Origin: a virus | Reading direction: 5' to 3' (one strand) | IMG/VR virus record: IMGVR_UViG_3300002446_000025 | DNA: 20,235 nucleotides | In this document: positions 1 through 7,479 of the stretch, piece after piece | How the letters are laid out: each line of letters opens with the position of its first letter | How positions within the stretch are numbered: the first letter of the stretch is position 1 | Program-made: the position numbers and the translations under genes | The notes under the pieces: generated by a model | Told to the model about the DNA's origin: nothing | The model's database searches: none | Seen by the model: only the letters and a program-made list of their open reading frames with translations

Positions 1-183
1 GTGGTCGCGACACAAGTTGCGGCGGGAGGAGGGCATCACTCTCTCGCCCTCCGTCCGGACGGTTCGGTGGTCGCGTGGGGACTTAACAATGATGGTCAGT
101 GCACTGTCCCGGCCGATCTGGTCGCGACACAGATCGCGGGAGGAGGGCATCACTCCCTCGCCCTGACCGAATCATCCGGGTGA
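1..183 (+). CDS. C-terminus of an RCC1/BLIP-II-like repeat protein (5' partial), possibly a tail or adhesin protein
   Basis: Repeated motif VATQ(V/I)A(A)GGGHHSLAL with RPDGSVVAWGLNNDGQC between the copies; the DNA repeat is visible at ~1-50 and ~118-164. Confidence 0.75.
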   Translation: MVATQVAAGGGHHSLALRPDGSVVAWGLNNDGQCTVPADLVATQIAGGGHHSLALTESSG

Positions 184-379
184 CCTGGTCCCCCCCCTCC
201 TTCTCTCGCCCGGGTGAGCAGCAAACACAGCCCGTATGGTTTTGGGATACGCCGGCGCTATGGTCCGTTATAGTGAGCAATAAATCCCCATACAGTTACT
301 GCTCCAGAGCGGGCAGCTACGATTGCGCTGGTAACAAGTGCACTTGTGTTCAGAGCACCGCTCGGGATCACATCGATAG

Positions 380-425
380 TTATATATACTCACACGTATA
401 ATATCTATATTGTAACACGAGGTGA
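380..425 (+). promoter_or_regulatory. Archaeal TATA-like promoter region plus RBS
   Basis: AT island TTATATATACT (380-390) and TATAATAT (397-404) in GC-rich DNA; GAGGTGA (419-425) lies 6 nt before GTG 432. Confidence 0.7.
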
Positions 426-431
426 AAAACA

Positions 432-917
432 GTGAGCAACTACACAGCAAAAGTCGAGGATGGCGCGATGGTCGAGGCCCCGGTCTACGAGGCCCACAAG
501 CGCGGCAAGAACTGGATGGCAACAATCACGGCGGACCCGGCAGCCCCGGGCGGCCTGGCTCGGACGTTTGTCAAGACCGGGCGCGGCCGGTACTACTACA
601 TCGTCGATGCGTCCCTGGTCGGCAAGGCGGTCGAGATTGCCGGCGATTACATATCTGGGGGGGGCAACCGCAGCCGCAATCGCTGGTATGGGGTCGTGCG
701 GAGCGTCACCGACTCGGCGATCTCGATCGAGAGGTGCGCGGGTTCCCGCGCGGCGATCCTGGCCGCCCGGACCCCAGTCCACAACGATCACGACGCCCTG
801 GTGGAGGAGCGGGCGCGCCTGCAGGCGCGGATCGACGAGATCGACGAGGCGCTGGCTGGCGTGGATATCGACGATATCCCCGAGCCGGTGTACGACTCGG
901 GCGAAGGGGAGGAGTGA
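432..917 (+). CDS. Hypothetical protein, 161 aa, with C-terminal coiled coil and acidic tail
   Basis: GTG start with a strong RBS and natural amino-acid composition; C-terminal ALVEERARLQARIDEIDEAL. Confidence 0.85.
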   Translation: MSNYTAKVEDGAMVEAPVYEAHKRGKNWMATITADPAAPGGLARTFVKTGRGRYYYIVDASLVGKAVEIAGDYISGGGNRSRNRWYGVVRSVTDSAISIERCAGSRAAILAARTPVHNDHDALVEERARLQARIDEIDEALAGVDIDDIPEPVYDSGEGEE

Positions 918-919
918 GC

Positions 920-1642
920 ATGTTCACCCTCCACCTCAACTACGTCAGTCCGGTTGACCTCCTGGAGTCTACCGCGCGCGGACAGCCCCGGACGATCCTC
1001 CTGGTCGTCGACTGGGAGCGCCAGACGATCAGCGCCGAGACCAAAGACCCGGAGGACCACACGTCGCCGGAGACGCGCTGGATCGGCCTGGAGGACGCCT
1101 ACCCCCTCCCGCCCCTCGTGGACGCGACGCAGCTCCGCGCGTGGGTCGAGGACGAGGTGCTGCCCCGTGCGCAGCCGCTCGCAGAAGCGTATCAGACCGT
1201 CTGGGAGGACGTCCAGCAGTTCGGGCGGTTCCCCGGGAGCGAGTGCGAGAAGATGGACTTCGACGAGTGGATGACCACGCACGAGCCGCCGCTGCACGAT
1301 GGGGGTCTGTGGTCTGTCGGGGATTGGCTCGCGGGCGGGGTGCCGGAGATCCGGGCAGACACTACCGACGAGGCCCTGCTCGCGCTCGCGAATGAGATCG
1401 TCCGCGAAGCAGAGCAGGCGAACGTGGTGCTCGTCGGGGGGATCTCGGTTGTGGTCCAGTACCTCCAGGAACTCCGGGACGGGCTGCGCGAGGTCCCGGC
1501 CGCCCCGGACCACTACGCGATCGACGGCTACGCGGTGCTGGAGCGCGTCCCCCGGCAGTACGCCGGGATGAGCAGCAGCACCCTCTACCTGCCGAAGGAG
1601 TGGGGGAACAAGCGAGTCAAGGTCGTGCGGATCGACCCGTGA
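920..1642 (+). CDS. 240-aa protein with C-terminal DUF2080/AbrB-like swapped-hairpin domain
   Basis: ATG 920 follows GGAGGAG, so the ORF-track start at 422 is an over-extension. The C-terminus GYAVLERVPRQYAGMSSSTLYLPKEWGNKRVKVVRIDP resembles the archaeal DUF2080 pattern (ylPKeW.gkrVkvvri). Confidence 0.7.
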   Translation: MFTLHLNYVSPVDLLESTARGQPRTILLVVDWERQTISAETKDPEDHTSPETRWIGLEDAYPLPPLVDATQLRAWVEDEVLPRAQPLAEAYQTVWEDVQQFGRFPGSECEKMDFDEWMTTHEPPLHDGGLWSVGDWLAGGVPEIRADTTDEALLALANEIVREAEQANVVLVGGISVVVQYLQELRDGLREVPAAPDHYAIDGYAVLERVPRQYAGMSSSTLYLPKEWGNKRVKVVRIDP

Positions 1643-1652
1643 GGTGACGACA

Positions 1653-2006
1653 ATGGAACAGCAAAACTACACTACCGACGAGATCTGCCAATTAGAGGGG
1701 ATCGTCAAGGAAGACCTGGAAACCGCGACCGTCTCCTTCGCGAGCGTGCACATCGGCCCCGATGGGCGGATCGTCATCGACGAGATCGTGCTCCTGCTCT
1801 CGGACGGCCGCATGGTGTCCCCGGCTCCGGTCGACAGCCCGATCGGGACGGCCGTCGACCTGCGCCTGGAGGTCTACGATGATCACCTCCCGGGCGGCCA
1901 CGGCTGGCGCGAGGCAACGATCTCGGAGGACTACCCCGAGGAGATCGCGGACCTGCGGCACGTCTGGCACCCGGAGCCGGACACGCTGGAAGAGGCAAGG
2001 TACTGA
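1653..2006 (+). CDS. Acidic hypothetical protein, 117 aa
   Basis: GAGGTGA (1641-1647) lies 5 nt before ATG 1653. Confidence 0.8.
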   Translation: MEQQNYTTDEICQLEGIVKEDLETATVSFASVHIGPDGRIVIDEIVLLLSDGRMVSPAPVDSPIGTAVDLRLEVYDDHLPGGHGWREATISEDYPEEIADLRHVWHPEPDTLEEARY

Positions 2007-2010
2007 CTGA

Positions 2011-2062
2011 GCGGTTCGGGTAGCCAGGCCCCGCCCGGGTTCGAGGCCCGGGACCGCATTTT
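2011..2062 (+). ncRNA. tRNA-like element lacking an anticodon arm, followed by a T-run (possible processing signal or terminator)
   Basis: GCGGTT (2011-16) pairs with GACCGC (2052-57), followed by A. D-like arm GGG-TAGCCAGG-CCC (2018-31). T-like arm CCGGG-TTCGAGG-CCCGG (2035-51). Then TTTT. Confidence 0.45.
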
Positions 2063-2147
2063 CCCACCCGTCGCGCCGATGCGAGACCTCAGCATCGCGT
2101 AAATATCTGCGCGCGGTTGCTGCGATCTGATGCAAAATACATAAGCC

Positions 2148-2155
2148 TATATACT
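2148..2155 (+). promoter_or_regulatory. TATA-like box for the early operon
   Basis: TATATACT within an AT island, ~28 nt upstream of GTG 2176. Confidence 0.6.
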
Positions 2156-2175
2156 CTTGCGTCCAATTATTATAT

Positions 2176-2382
2176 GTGAGGCAAGTGAGTACAAACCATC
2201 CGCGCAAGGTCGCGCAGGCCACATTGACCGGCGACCTTGCAAAAACATTCGCCGACGTCGCCTCCGCCGTCGGGATCAGTGAGGCGGACCTGGTGCGCCA
2301 GTCCATCCGAGCGTATCTCGGCAAGGAGTATGTCGACTACCTCCGGCTGAAACCAGGGGTTAACGACCGAAAAAAAGAGTGA
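2176..2382 (+). CDS. Ribbon-helix-helix (CopG/MetJ-like) transcription regulator
   Basis: Strand-helix-G(I)S-helix pattern VAQATLTGDLAKTFADVASAVGISEADLVRQSIRAYL; first gene after a promoter. Alternative start GTG 2185. Confidence 0.7.
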   Translation: MRQVSTNHPRKVAQATLTGDLAKTFADVASAVGISEADLVRQSIRAYLGKEYVDYLRLKPGVNDRKKE

Positions 2383-2387
2383 AACAC

Positions 2388-2732
2388 ATGTCAACCAACA
2401 AATGTCTGAATGGCAGCCCCTGCGGATCCGCACCGACCAGGACGCAGGAACCCCGGGCCGCCACAGTTGTATCGACCTCAGAGAATATAATGGATCGCAC
2501 GCGCGCGAATGCTCCTGCGAACGACGACCTACTGCACGGCCGGGCGCGGCTCTGCCGCTCCTGTGACTGCGAGACGACCTCCGGCGACGGGGTCTGCCCG
2601 GCATGTGCCGAGGCGCTGCGCGAGGAGCGGGCCGCTGCCCTGGCTGAGCGGTGCCGGGTGCACCGGGTGCGGTATGTCGAGGATCTCCCGGTGCGGGTGT
2701 ATGAGGATCTGCGGCGGGGGCGGACCGAATGA
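2388..2732 (+). CDS. Zinc-finger hypothetical protein
   Basis: CRSC...CPAC; overlaps the Bet start by ATGA. Start could be GTG 2379. Confidence 0.7.
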   Translation: MSTNKCLNGSPCGSAPTRTQEPRAATVVSTSENIMDRTRANAPANDDLLHGRARLCRSCDCETTSGDGVCPACAEALREERAAALAERCRVHRVRYVEDLPVRVYEDLRRGRTE

Positions 2733-3409
2733 CCGACCTCCCCGCAACCACAAACGCCGGGGGCATCGTCCCGGCGAACTACGATCAGCAGCAGATCCAA
2801 CTCGTCCGGGATATGTGCGCTCGGGACTGCACCGATAACGAGTTCCTCCTCTTGATGCAACTCGCGAAGACCTACCAGTTGGACCCGTTCGCAAAACAGA
2901 TCTGGGCGGTCAAGTACGGGAACAACCCCGCCGCGATCTTCGCTGGCCGGGATGGGTTCTTGGCCATCGCGCACAGGAGCGGGAAATTCGACGGTATGGA
3001 GTCCGGGACCCGGCAGGACGAGGGCGGGGACCTCATCGGATGGTGCAAGGTCTACCGTAAGGACATGGCGCACCCCTTCGAGGTCGCGGTCCCGCTCGCG
3101 GAATACAGCACCGGGAAGAACCTCTGGCAGTCCAAGCCGAAGACCATGATCATCAAGGTCGCCGAGAGCCACGCGCTCCGGAGAGCATTCGGCATCAGCG
3201 GCCTCTACTGCCCCGAAGAGATCGACACTGGCGACCGCCCGGAGCCGCGCGTCGTCACCGAGATCCCCGCCGCGACCCCGACGACCTGCGAGGTCTGCGG
3301 GATCCCGGTGCCTGCGGAGATCCGGGACAAGACCCGGCCGCACACACCGAGGACCCTGTGTGTCGAGTGTTTCGGCAAGTGGTGGAACGAGCAGCAGGGG
3401 GCGGCGTAG
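2729..3409 (+). CDS. bet: Bet/RecT-family single-strand annealing recombinase with C-terminal zinc finger
   Basis: Motifs LDPFAKQIWAVKY, GRDGFLAIAHRSGKFDG, W.SKPKTMIIKVAESHALRRAFG and GLY.PEE; C-terminal CEVC...CVEC. Confidence 0.9.
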   Translation: MTDLPATTNAGGIVPANYDQQQIQLVRDMCARDCTDNEFLLLMQLAKTYQLDPFAKQIWAVKYGNNPAAIFAGRDGFLAIAHRSGKFDGMESGTRQDEGGDLIGWCKVYRKDMAHPFEVAVPLAEYSTGKNLWQSKPKTMIIKVAESHALRRAFGISGLYCPEEIDTGDRPEPRVVTEIPAATPTTCEVCGIPVPAEIRDKTRPHTPRTLCVECFGKWWNEQQGAA

Positions 3410-3616
3410 ATGGCTTGCTATTACCCGCCCGGGTATCATCTGGCGGCCACCCGGTGTTGCGGGACCTGCGACAAAGGTTACTCTAACGTCGACGGCAGTA
3501 GGCATTGCAGCTGGCATTGCGGCATGCGTGTGGGACGAGGATATGTTTGCGACGACTGGACGCCGGAGGATAGCGTTACAGAGCACCCGCAGGACCTCGT
3601 CGAGGAGGGCCTCTGA
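3410..3616 (+). CDS. Cys-rich microprotein, 68 aa
   Basis: CCGTC...HCSWHC...C; abuts both neighbouring genes. Confidence 0.7.
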   Translation: MACYYPPGYHLAATRCCGTCDKGYSNVDGSRHCSWHCGMRVGRGYVCDDWTPEDSVTEHPQDLVEEGL

Positions 3617-3819
3617 TGGCCCCCTCTCTCCTGCCGGGACCGTGGCGCATCCTGAGCCAGGAAATCAATGGCCGGATGATGTATATTGCCGGTCGGCAGC
3701 TGGATCTAGCTGAGCCCCTGCACGGCGGCAACGTCGAATATCACGGCATGTATTCGGATAACTATGATCGGGTCGAGGTACTGGTCGCGGATCTCAATGC
3801 AGCGGAGGGATGCCGATGA
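3616..3819 (+). CDS. Hypothetical protein, tandem paralog 1
   Basis: Shares PGPWR.LSQ.I.GR.MYIAGRQ.D.A.PLHGGNVEY with the next gene. Confidence 0.85.
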   Translation: MAPSLLPGPWRILSQEINGRMMYIAGRQLDLAEPLHGGNVEYHGMYSDNYDRVEVLVADLNAAEGCR

Positions 3820-4019
3820 TGTCCCTCTCTCTCCCGCCGGGACCGTGGCGCGTGCTCTCGCAGGTGATTGATGGTCGCCGGATGTACATTGCCGGGCGGC
3901 AGATTGACCCGGCACAACCCCTGCACGGGGGCAACGTGGAGTACGTCGGCGTATATACAGAGTACAGGGGCGCGGTCGAGATGCAGGTCGCGGAACTCAA
4001 TGCCGAGGAGGGATGCTGA
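3816..4019 (+). CDS. Hypothetical protein, tandem paralog 2
   Basis: Paralog of 3616-3819; ATGA overlap at 3816-3819. Confidence 0.85.
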   Translation: MMSLSLPPGPWRVLSQVIDGRRMYIAGRQIDPAQPLHGGNVEYVGVYTEYRGAVEMQVAELNAEEGC

Positions 4020-4078
4020 TGACGTCCCTCTCTCCCGAGACCCAACTGCGCATCGAGCAGAAGGGGGTGCGGGCATGA
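4019..4078 (+). CDS. 19-aa mini-ORF MTSLSPETQLRIEQKGVRA, likely a relic third copy
   Basis: TGATG overlap upstream and ATGA overlap downstream; its start context repeats that of paralog 2. Not in the ORF track. Confidence 0.45.
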   Translation: MTSLSPETQLRIEQKGVRA

Positions 4079-4263
4079 CCGAGGAAGTCATCCACCGCCA
4101 CATCGACGCGCAGAAGGACAGCGTCGAGATCGGCACCCCCGGCAAGGGCGGCGCGGTGAAGGTCTACGGGGATTTTTCCAACCCGGAAGACTTCATGCGC
4201 CGGATTGACAATGCATTTATGGTGCGGTCGTTCGCGCAGCGGAAGATGGAGGCGGGAGAATGA
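4075..4263 (+). CDS. Hypothetical protein, 62 aa (MTEEVIHRHID...)
   Basis: ATG 4075 inside ORF 3868-4263; ATGA coupling at both ends. Confidence 0.8.
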   Translation: MTEEVIHRHIDAQKDSVEIGTPGKGGAVKVYGDFSNPEDFMRRIDNAFMVRSFAQRKMEAGE

Positions 4264-4778
4264 CCTTTTCCCCGAGCGAGGTCATCCTCGGTGCATCGGT
4301 GCCGATGGCGAACGGCAGCAGCATAACCTTCTCCGTCTCCGGTCACATCGAGACCGAACGGGACTGTGACGACGCCGTCGTGATATTCTCCCGGAAACTC
4401 CTCAAATACACTAACAGCGCGTCCGACGAGGACCGGCTCACGGTGCGGCAGGTAGTCGCCTCGATCACCTCGACGCCGCTCAACAAGGTGCCGGACGTCG
4501 GGACCCCCGCCCCGGAGCCTGCGCGGCCAACCCACGTAGAATACCGCTGCACCGCGCACGACGATCGTATCCCTCCAGCAGCGACGACCTGTCCGACCGT
4601 GATCCCAGAAAACCTGGTGTACCTACGGCGACGCTGCACCACTATCCCAGAGCCGGCAGCCCCCGGAGAAGAGGTCTGTGAGAAGTGCGGAGGACCCGTG
4701 CCCGGACAGCAGGCGAAGCTCTCGCAGCTCTTCCAGGGCAAAACGTTGTGTAAGGGATGCATGGGAGGAGCAGAATGA
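4260..4778 (+). CDS. Hypothetical protein with C-terminal zinc finger
   Basis: CEKCGGPVP...KTLCKGC after a Pro-rich linker. Confidence 0.75.
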   Translation: MTFSPSEVILGASVPMANGSSITFSVSGHIETERDCDDAVVIFSRKLLKYTNSASDEDRLTVRQVVASITSTPLNKVPDVGTPAPEPARPTHVEYRCTAHDDRIPPAATTCPTVIPENLVYLRRRCTTIPEPAAPGEEVCEKCGGPVPGQQAKLSQLFQGKTLCKGCMGGAE

Positions 4779-5788
4779 TCGTCATCGGCAACCCCGAAGA
4801 GATCCGGGCGCTCGTCGCCCCCTCAGTGGGGTCGAAGCCCATCCTCCTCCGGGCGCAGGAGAGCGGGCCGTGTGTCTACTACGATCCCGGGCTGAGAGAT
4901 CACTGCACCTATCCCTATGACCGGGCCTGCCCTCACCTGGACGACAAGGCGATCCTCTGCCCGATTAAGGATGCCTGCTCCGCGATGCGGGCGACAAGCC
5001 TCCTCCGAGAGGCCTGCGAGGCTGAGCAGGAGGAGCAGGACCTGGACATGGCGGCCGAGGCGGCCGACCTGGTTCCCCGGTCAGACTTCGTGCTCGTCCC
5101 CCGGGATCCTCAGGGTTCCGGCGGCGACGCAGAGGTGCCAGAGTTCCCGGCCATCGAGCCAGAGGAGACGCCGGTCTACAAGACCAAGGGCCGGGTCCCG
5201 GAACACATCCAGATGTGGACCGCAGGGGAAAACGCGGTGCTGGCCGGCGCGATGTCCCGACAGGAGGCGATCGCACTCTTCCGCGAACGGTTCCCGGACA
5301 CGACCCGGACGGATGGCGCGATCAGGCGGCAGTGGTATGAGGTCCGACCCCTCGCGACGGCGCCGCCGGACGGGCGACGGGGCTCGTGGACTCCTGAAGA
5401 GGATGCAGTCCTGCTCCAGGAGACCACCCCCGCCAGCGCGGTCACGGCGTATCAGGCGAAGTTCGGCGACGCGAAGCGGACCTACGCGGCGTTGTCAAGC
5501 CGATACTACCGGATTCGGCACACGGCCCCCGTCGGCGATAGAGATCCGGTCACGCAGACCGTGGAGCCCGCCGATGAGTCCCGGGGAGGGGAGACAGCCT
5601 CCCACCCGTGGTTCGGGATGCGGGTTCGGGTCCTGGATCCGCCCGACCTCGCCGAGTGCACGGGGACGGTGGTGCGATACGGCCTCGGCCCGGAGGAGCT
5701 GCTCGTCGCCCTGGACGAGTCCCCGGATCGGGTCTGGCTCCCTCCGGAGTCGCTGCTCCTGATCGGCGCCGGGAGGGGGTCCTCGTGA
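4775..5788 (+). CDS. Putative DNA-binding protein: Cys-rich N-terminus, two Myb/SANT-like repeats, C-terminal SH3/KOW-like domain
   Basis: WTAGENAVL...RTDGAIRRQWYEVR and WTPEEDAVL...RTYAALSSRYYRIR; C-terminal GMRVRVL...TGTVVRY...LLVALD...WLPPESL. Confidence 0.6.
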   Translation: MIVIGNPEEIRALVAPSVGSKPILLRAQESGPCVYYDPGLRDHCTYPYDRACPHLDDKAILCPIKDACSAMRATSLLREACEAEQEEQDLDMAAEAADLVPRSDFVLVPRDPQGSGGDAEVPEFPAIEPEETPVYKTKGRVPEHIQMWTAGENAVLAGAMSRQEAIALFRERFPDTTRTDGAIRRQWYEVRPLATAPPDGRRGSWTPEEDAVLLQETTPASAVTAYQAKFGDAKRTYAALSSRYYRIRHTAPVGDRDPVTQTVEPADESRGGETASHPWFGMRVRVLDPPDLAECTGTVVRYGLGPEELLVALDESPDRVWLPPESLLLIGAGRGSS

Positions 5789-6171
5789 CCCTCCGGCCAG
5801 CAGGCGAGGCGCGTCTCGACCGCCTCACAGACGGGATCGTGCTCGAGATCGGGGACGACCTCTACATCGTGCCGCTGCACCGCCTGGCGGCGCTGACCTC
5901 CCGGATAGTCAGCTGCGCCCCGGTATCGCGCCGATACCCCGGGACGGCCGGGAGATACCTGGATGTCGAGACCCCGATGACCCTCCGGCGCTCAAAACCG
6001 GGTCGTGCTCTGATCCTCTGGACGCCGGACGGGATCTATACGATCGCCCTGGCGGACGTGCTCGCCGTGGTCCACGGCCGGGAACCCTCGGCCGAGATCT
6101 GCCGGATCGTGACCGATGCGGCACAGCTGGACGACGCGACCTCGCGGCAGACGCCGATCGAGGGGCTATGA
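5785..6171 (+). CDS. Hypothetical protein with internal two-fold repeat
   Basis: GTG 5785 overlaps the upstream TGA; the ORF-track start at 5608 is an over-extension. Confidence 0.75.
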   Translation: MTLRPAGEARLDRLTDGIVLEIGDDLYIVPLHRLAALTSRIVSCAPVSRRYPGTAGRYLDVETPMTLRRSKPGRALILWTPDGIYTIALADVLAVVHGREPSAEICRIVTDAAQLDDATSRQTPIEGL

Positions 6172-6593
6172 CCCGGATACTCTGGATCGCCGCCCCCCGA
6201 CCCGATGATCTCAGCATCCTCGGGGAGACTGTCGGTGCCGCTCGATCAGTCGGATGGGAGCCGGTTATCTCACCTGCATCGCGGGGGGGCCTCAGCCCCG
6301 GCACCCTGGATCTTATCGGTCGGCTCGACCCGCTCAGTGACGCGATGCTCCTCCTCCCGCACTATATCCAGAACGCCCTGGCACTGCAGGAGAAGGATAT
6401 GGCATCCGTCCGGGGCATCGAGACCATCTATCCGCTGGCGACGCCCGAGAGCATCCCCCCGCCCGACGCGCTGCGCGTCTGCCCGCATTATCGGCAGGTG
6501 CATTACGAGATCGATAGCCGCGACACGTGCGGTTATCAGGGGTCTCGGTGCCCGCCGGGAAAGTCCTGCCCGATCCGGAGGCGGTGCCGATGA
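6168..6593 (+). CDS. Hypothetical protein, weak DUF4406-like pattern, Cys-rich tail
   Basis: DAMLLLPHY...ALQEKDMASVRGIETIY loosely echoes the DUF4406 C-terminus; the tail reads CPHY...C...C...C. Confidence 0.5.
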   Translation: MTRILWIAAPRPDDLSILGETVGAARSVGWEPVISPASRGGLSPGTLDLIGRLDPLSDAMLLLPHYIQNALALQEKDMASVRGIETIYPLATPESIPPPDALRVCPHYRQVHYEIDSRDTCGYQGSRCPPGKSCPIRRRCR

Positions 6594-6763
6594 ACTGCCG
6601 GAGGTGCGGATCTCCGATGCAGTCGGACGGGATAATCCGGACTGATTACCGAAAGAACCACACGCCGACAGACGCCGATCCGTCTGGTAAGTATCGCTAC
6701 CGCAATTGGTACTGCACCGGATGCAAGGTCTGGGGATGCCGAGAGGTGATTCCACGTTCTTAA
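6590..6763 (+). CDS. Zinc-ribbon microprotein, 57 aa
   Basis: MNCRRCG...WYCTGC; ATGA overlap. Confidence 0.75.
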   Translation: MNCRRCGSPMQSDGIIRTDYRKNHTPTDADPSGKYRYRNWYCTGCKVWGCREVIPRS

Positions 6764-7152
6764 ACTGCGGGCAAGCCACTCCCGGCGAGGGCGCGGTCCG
6801 GCTGGCGATCTGGGACGGGACCATCGAATATGTGTTCGCGCTGCCGATCCCGGACGTCTCTGCCCTGCTCCAGGAGCGAGCGGAGTCGATCCCTATCGGG
6901 CGGCAGTTCGGGCTCCTCTCCAACGAGAACTATGGCCGGGCGCGGCTATCCAACCTCGACGCCGATGGAGCGCGGAAGGGCGTGACCCTCTGGGCGCCGT
7001 GCTTCCCGGGCAGAGTGTTCTCGGTCTCGCGTGTCGGGCTCGCCGGGGTTGCGAGGGCTGTCACCGGAGACGCGGGCGACCACTGGCGCGAGGCCGTGAT
7101 CTCGGAGATGCTGCCGGACCCGGTGCCCGCGTGGGTGGGGGTGCGGGCGTGA
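6754..7152 (+). CDS. Hypothetical protein, probable ACG (non-canonical or mutated) start
   Basis: GAGGTGA (6743-6749) is followed 4 nt later by in-frame ACG; the ORF ends in a GTGA overlap. Confidence 0.55.
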   Translation, partial: TFLNCGQATPGEGAVRLAIWDGTIEYVFALPIPDVSALLQERAESIPIGRQFGLLSNENYGRARLSNLDADGARKGVTLWAPCFPGRVFSVSRVGLAGVARAVTGDAGDHWREAVISEMLPDPVPAWVGVRA

Positions 7153-7287
7153 CGCTGACGCACCTCTCGCTCTTCTCCGGCATCGGCGGGCTTGACCTGG
7201 CCGCAGAGTGGGCGGGGTTCCGCACCGTCGGGCAGGTGGAGATGGCTGATTACCCTTTTCGGGTGCTGCGGCGGCGGTGCTGGCATG
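7149..7287 (+). pseudogene. N-terminal relic of a C5-cytosine DNA methyltransferase
   Basis: [36 protein letters not shown] matches the SAM-binding motif I/II region. Similarity stops after ~45 aa and there is no catalytic FPCQ motif. Confidence 0.75.
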
Positions 7288-7479
7288 ACGCCGCACATCT
7301 CCCCGCCCCCCTACTGCCTCGGCTGCCCGCGAGCAACCTACGACGACCGGCACGGGAAGGGGTGGCAATGGTATTGCAGGCAGTGGTCCCCGACCGGGAT
7401 CCTGTGCACGAACGTCGCGGTGCTCAAGGACTGCTGCCCTGCCGTGGCGCGATGGGTGGAGCGGAGGGGGGCGGTATGA
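7285..7479 (+). CDS. Cys/Trp-rich microprotein, 64 aa
   Basis: ATG 7285: [15 protein letters not shown]...WYC...C...CC; ATGA overlap with the methyltransferase start. Confidence 0.7.
   Translation: MTPHISPPPYCLGCPRATYDDRHGKGWQWYCRQWSPTGILCTNVAVLKDCCPAVARWVERRGAV

Noticed and set aside
284-368. Twister or twister-sister ribozyme (GCTGGTAACAAG resembles their conserved hairpin)
   Set aside because: The closing strand of that hairpin and the other conserved elements or pseudoknot partners are not in place; hammerhead CUGA/GAAA cores are also absent. An Rfam cmscan would settle it.
422-919. N-terminal extension of ORF 422-1642, and the 6999 start of the methyltransferase ORF
   Set aside because: These are out-of-frame translations of neighbouring real genes; the supported starts are 920, and 7149/7476.
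2011-2058. Functional tRNA gene
   Set aside because: No anticodon arm, only 48 nt, acceptor plus T stems total 11 bp, and the T-loop ends in G. Kept only as a tRNA-like element.
2360-3586. 408-aa minus-strand ORF and other long antisense or alternative-frame ORFs (788-1513, 4917-5762, 14824-15612)
   Set aside because: Shadow ORFs of GC-rich real genes: R/P/G/A-rich or motif-free, with no RBS or promoter support.
7430-7445. PC dipeptide as the catalytic motif of a complete C5 methyltransferase in the fused frame
   Set aside because: It occurs as LLPCR in the off-frame reading of the 7285-7479 gene, without the G.PCQ context or the downstream ENV and Q.R.R motifs.
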